Shown here: positions 60,583 to 64,000 of the stretch, piece by piece | Layout: each line of letters begins with the position of its first letter | Numbering within the stretch: the first letter of the stretch is position 1 | Origin: an uncultured Gemmatimonadales bacterium | GTDB lineage: Bacteria; Gemmatimonadota; Gemmatimonadetes; Longimicrobiales; RSA9 | Reading direction: 5' to 3' | DNA length: 64,000 nucleotides | Assembly: GCA_963708135.1 (NCBI GenBank) | Contig: OY970192.1 | Coordinates: forward strand, 3,360,001 to 3,424,000 | Translations under genes and position numbers: made by a program | Notes under the pieces: generated by a model | The model's database searches: none | Seen by the model: only the letters and a program-made list of their open reading frames with translations | What the model was told of the DNA's origin: nothing

Positions 60583-61314
60583 ATGACACGACCATTCCTC
60601 ACGGCACGCTGGGAGAGCCTGCTACTCCTGAACTACGATTGCCCGATCGAGTTGCTGACCCCGCTCGTTCCGGCGGGGACCGAGCTGGATTGCTGGGATG
60701 GGCAGCATGTCGTCAGCCTCGTCGGATTCCGGTTCCTCGACACGCGCGTCGGAGGGGTGCCGATCCTGGGTCACCGCAACTTCACCGAGGTGAACCTCCG
60801 TTTCTACGTTCGGCGTCGCCGGCCTGGCGGCGAGGTTCGTCGCGCGGTGGTGTTCGTCCGCGAAGTGGTGCCTCGACGCGCGATCGCCTGGGCCGCACGC
60901 CTGATCTACAACGAGCCCTACTCCACCGCTTCAATGTCGCACGTGGTCAGGCTCGATCCCCATTCGGGCGGGGTCCTCTCCTACGCCTGGTCGCTGGAGG
61001 GTGAGTCACACCGGCTGGAGGGAAGGGCGGAGGGCCCGGCGTCCACGTTGGTCCGAGGGTCGGAGGCTGAGTTCATCACGGAGCATTACTGGGGCTACAC
61101 CCGGCAGCGCGACGGCAGCACGCTCGAGTATCGAGTCGTCCATCCATCCTGGCAGGTCTGGCAGGGTCTGGACCCCGTGTATCGTGCTTCTTCCGGTGCT
61201 CTACTCTACGGACCCGGGTTCGCCGAGATCCTCTCCGGCCCACCCCGTTCATGCTTCGTCGCCGTGGGCAGCGAGGTCGAGGTCTATCCGGGGCTCAAAG
61301 CGAGCGCTGGCTGA
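60583..61314 (+). CDS. DUF2071 (YqjF-like) protein
   Basis: FLTARW, FTEVNLRFYV, FITEHYWGYT. Confidence 0.88.
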   Translation: MTRPFLTARWESLLLLNYDCPIELLTPLVPAGTELDCWDGQHVVSLVGFRFLDTRVGGVPILGHRNFTEVNLRFYVRRRRPGGEVRRAVVFVREVVPRRAIAWAARLIYNEPYSTASMSHVVRLDPHSGGVLSYAWSLEGESHRLEGRAEGPASTLVRGSEAEFITEHYWGYTRQRDGSTLEYRVVHPSWQVWQGLDPVYRASSGALLYGPGFAEILSGPPRSCFVAVGSEVEVYPGLKASAG

Positions 61315-61344
61315 CGACGCTACGTTGGACGCCGGGGAGGCATC

Positions 61345-61794
61345 ATGACGGTCAAGCGTATGGACAACGTCGGCATCGTGGTGGAAGACCTCGACGCCGC
61401 CATTGAGTTCTTCGCCGAGCTTGGCCTCGAGCTCGAGGGCCGCGCCCGGATCGAAGAAGACTGGGCAGGTCGCGTCACCGGATTGCGCGACATGCGCGTC
61501 GAGATGGCCATGATGCGTACGCCGGACGGTCACGGCCGGCTCGAGCTGTCCCGGTTCCTCGCGCCGCCCGCGGTCGCGGATCACCGCGGCGCCCCGGTGA
61601 ACGCCCTCGGCTACCTGCGCGTCATGTTCGCGGTGGACGACATCGACGATACGCTCGCCCGGCTCGGCAAGCGCGGGGCGGAGCTTGTCGGCGAAGTGGT
61701 CCAGTACGAGGACATGTATCGGCTCTGCTACATCCGCGGTCCCGAAGGAATTCTCATCGGGCTCGCGCAGGAGCTCGGGCGGCAGACTCCTTGA
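61345..61794 (+). CDS. VOC/glyoxalase family protein
   Basis: RMDNVGIVV, FAVDDID, LCYIRGPEG. Confidence 0.92.
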   Translation: MTVKRMDNVGIVVEDLDAAIEFFAELGLELEGRARIEEDWAGRVTGLRDMRVEMAMMRTPDGHGRLELSRFLAPPAVADHRGAPVNALGYLRVMFAVDDIDDTLARLGKRGAELVGEVVQYEDMYRLCYIRGPEGILIGLAQELGRQTP

Positions 61795-61952
61795 TCAGCA
61801 CACGTGACAGCTACACGCTCGCCCCAGGCGAGGAGACGATCGTGCAGGAGCCGATCACCACGGAGTGGCAGCCCGGCGAGTAGCACTCGGCGGCGCCGGC
61901 CGCGCGTTCCGCCGCTGAACCCTGTTCCGTTGGACAGCCTCGGGAGGAAGCA

Positions 61953-62600
61953 ATGCCTCGTGTGCGCGTGCACAACTTTACGATCTCGCTCGACGGATAC
62001 GGCGCCGGCCCACGCCAGACTCGAGAGGAGCCCCTCGGCGTGGGTGGTGAAGCTCTGCACGAGTGGTTCATCCCGACCCGTACGTTCCAGCGCATCAATG
62101 GCAAGACTGGCGGCACCACCGGCGTCGATGACGACATCGCGGCGCGCTTTGGGGAGGGCATTGGCGCGTGGATCATGGGACGCAACATGTTCGGCCCGAT
62201 TCGTGGCCCGTGGCGCGATGACGACTGGCGCGGCTGGTGGGGGAAGAACCCGCCGTACCACGGCCCGGTATTCGTGCTGACGCACCACGGTCGCCCGCCG
62301 ATCCAAATGGAGGGCGGCACGGTCTTCCACTTCATCACGGGCGGTATCGGCGAGGCGCTGGAACGAGCGACGGCGGCAGCTGAGGGAAAGGATGTGGAGA
62401 TCGGCGGCGGTGTGGCGACCATCCGCCAGTACCTCGAGGCGAGGCTCATCGACGAGCTGCACGTGGCGATCGCGCCGAGGCTGCTCGGGTCCGGCGAGCA
62501 TCTCTTTCACGGCCTCGATCTCGTGGCATCGGGCTATGAGTGCACCACCCATGTGCCGACCGCCGCCGCGACGCATGTCGTGCTGACGAGAGCTCGGTGA
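61953..62600 (+). CDS. Dihydrofolate reductase/RibD C-terminal family protein
   Basis: SLDGY, IMGRNMF, VFVLTH, IGGG, IDELH, LLGSG. Confidence 0.92.
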   Translation: MPRVRVHNFTISLDGYGAGPRQTREEPLGVGGEALHEWFIPTRTFQRINGKTGGTTGVDDDIAARFGEGIGAWIMGRNMFGPIRGPWRDDDWRGWWGKNPPYHGPVFVLTHHGRPPIQMEGGTVFHFITGGIGEALERATAAAEGKDVEIGGGVATIRQYLEARLIDELHVAIAPRLLGSGEHLFHGLDLVASGYECTTHVPTAAATHVVLTRAR

Positions 62601-62753
62601 CTCCCGGCCCGACGACGCGTCGTTCACGCGACTCCTGCTCGACGGCGGCGCCGACCCGAACGTCCGGGCCTCACTCGAGGCGCGTGGCGGCCGCCCCTGA
62701 CCCACGCTCGTGTTCAGCCGCACCCTGCACCTTCGCCGCCGACACGGACCCCC

Positions 62754-64000
62754 ATGCAAGAATACGACGCTCTCGATGACCTGCGCGCCGCCGGCCACGC
62801 CTTCGTGGACGAGGCGCTCCGCCACATCTCGCGGCCGCTCGACTCGCCCGTGCAGACGCGTCGCCGCCCCAGCGAGCTGGCCGCCCTGTTCGGCCCGCCC
62901 CCCGAGGAGGGCCGCCCCTGGCCCGAGATGCTCGCGGACCTGCGCGAGAACGTCGTCGACCAGAGTCTGCGCCTCGCGCACCCGATGTACATGGCGCAGC
63001 AGGTCGCGCCACCGCTGCCGCTGCCCGCCCTCGCGGATGCGCTCGTCTCGATGCTCAACCAGTCGCAGGCGGTGTGGGAGATGTCCCCCGCCGCGACGCC
63101 GCTCGAGCACGCCCTCATCCGCTGGTTCGCCGCCCTCGCCGGCTTCGGCGAGGCAGCGGCGGGGTCGTTCGTGTCGGGCGGCAGCGCGGGCAACCTTACC
63201 GGCCTCCTCGCGGCCCGCGCCCGGGTGTTCCCCGACGCCTGGACACACGGAATGCCGCCCGGCGCGCTCCTCATCACGGGCAGCCAGGCGCACTACTCGG
63301 TGGCGCGCGCCGCGGGCATTCTCGGGCTGGGCGCCGGCAACGTCGTGGCCGTGCGGACCACGGCGCAGGGGGCCACGGACCCGGCCGCGATCGAGGCGGC
63401 GCTCCGCGACGCGGACGCGGCAGGACGGACGGTGCTCGCCGTCGTCGCCACGGCGGGCTCCACGGCCATGGGCTCCTTCGATGACCTGGAGGCGCTCGCG
63501 GACCTGTGCGGCGGGCACGGCGTCTGGCTGCACGTGGACGGCGCGCACGGCGCCTCGGCGCTCCTCTCTCGCGAGGCCGCCCACCGCGCGCGGCTGGCGG
63601 GGCTCGCGCGCGCCGACTCCCTCGCGTGGGACCCGCATAAGATGATGTTCCAGCCGATGAGCACCTCGGTCGTCCTCGTGCGAGAGCCGCAGTGGCTGCT
63701 CGGGGCCTTCCGGCAGGACGCGCCGTACCTCTTCCACCGCGAGGCGGGCGGCGAGCCGCCTCCGGACATGGGCGGCTACACGCTCCAGTGCTCGCGACGC
63801 TCGGACGCGGTGCGGCTCTGGATCGCGCTGGAGCACTACGGGACGCGTCGCCTGGGGGAGCTCTACGACCACACGTGCGGACTGGCGACGCACCTCTTCG
63901 AGCGGCTTGAGGACGCGCCGGACTTCGAGGCGCTCCACCGCCCCGAATCGAACATCCTGTGCTTCCGCTGGAGGCCGTCCGGCATGGAGGAAGGGGAAGA
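62754..64000 (+). CDS. Group II PLP-dependent amino-acid decarboxylase (runs off the window)
   Basis: My translation from ATG 62754: HPMYMAQQ, SGGSAGN, AHYS, ATAGST, WLHVDGAHG, WDPHK. Confidence 0.92.
   Translation, partial: MQEYDALDDLRAAGHAFVDEALRHISRPLDSPVQTRRRPSELAALFGPPPEEGRPWPEMLADLRENVVDQSLRLAHPMYMAQQVAPPLPLPALADALVSMLNQSQAVWEMSPAATPLEHALIRWFAALAGFGEAAAGSFVSGGSAGNLTGLLAARARVFPDAWTHGMPPGALLITGSQAHYSVARAAGILGLGAGNVVAVRTTAQGATDPAAIEAALRDADAAGRTVLAVVATAGSTAMGSFDDLEALADLCGGHGVWLHVDGAHGASALLSREAAHRARLAGLARADSLAWDPHKMMFQPMSTSVVLVREPQWLLGAFRQDAPYLFHREAGGEPPPDMGGYTLQCSRRSDAVRLWIALEHYGTRRLGELYDHTCGLATHLFERLEDAPDFEALHRPESNILCFRWRPSGMEEGE

Noticed and set aside
1084..63938. Long antisense or alternative-frame ORFs (e.g. 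1084..2979, 27284..30550, 44616..47567, 53205..55715, 61728..63938)
   Set aside because: Shadow ORFs expected at high GC; they overlap motif-supported genes and are Arg/Ala/Gly/Pro-rich without motifs

Overview
Very GC-rich bacterial chromosomal window. The gene content (TolB-like/TPR membrane receptors, VPS10/BNR protein, four-helix-bundle gene in simple repeats) is consistent with Gemmatimonadota; this is an inference only. Left to right it holds a lower-GC accessory block (attC-like site, complete type I restriction-modification operon with M48 peptidase, two TPR membrane proteins), then a heme-enzyme operon of two paralogous small proteins, a DyP peroxidase and an atypical cytochrome P450 (fused as read, with apparent single-base frameshifts). 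Next come an AbiEi/DUF559 nuclease gene beside a CRISPR-like repeat/spacer mini-array, a tRNA-Arg(ACG)-rnpB-tRNA-Arg(CCG) unit, core metabolic genes, and a four-helix-bundle gene plus vapBC within telomere-like repeats. A phoBR/pstB/phoU locus is linked to a PAP2 phosphatase, a Zn-phospholipase C and a glycolipid synthase that share an 11-bp direct-repeat box. The right part has an intact IS630 in a stop codon, an operon ending in a Lon with degenerate ATPase motifs, a decayed integron-cassette-like array and a truncated PLP decarboxylase. All calls come from reading motifs by eye; no searches were run. Many start codons were adjusted manually from the ORF track.
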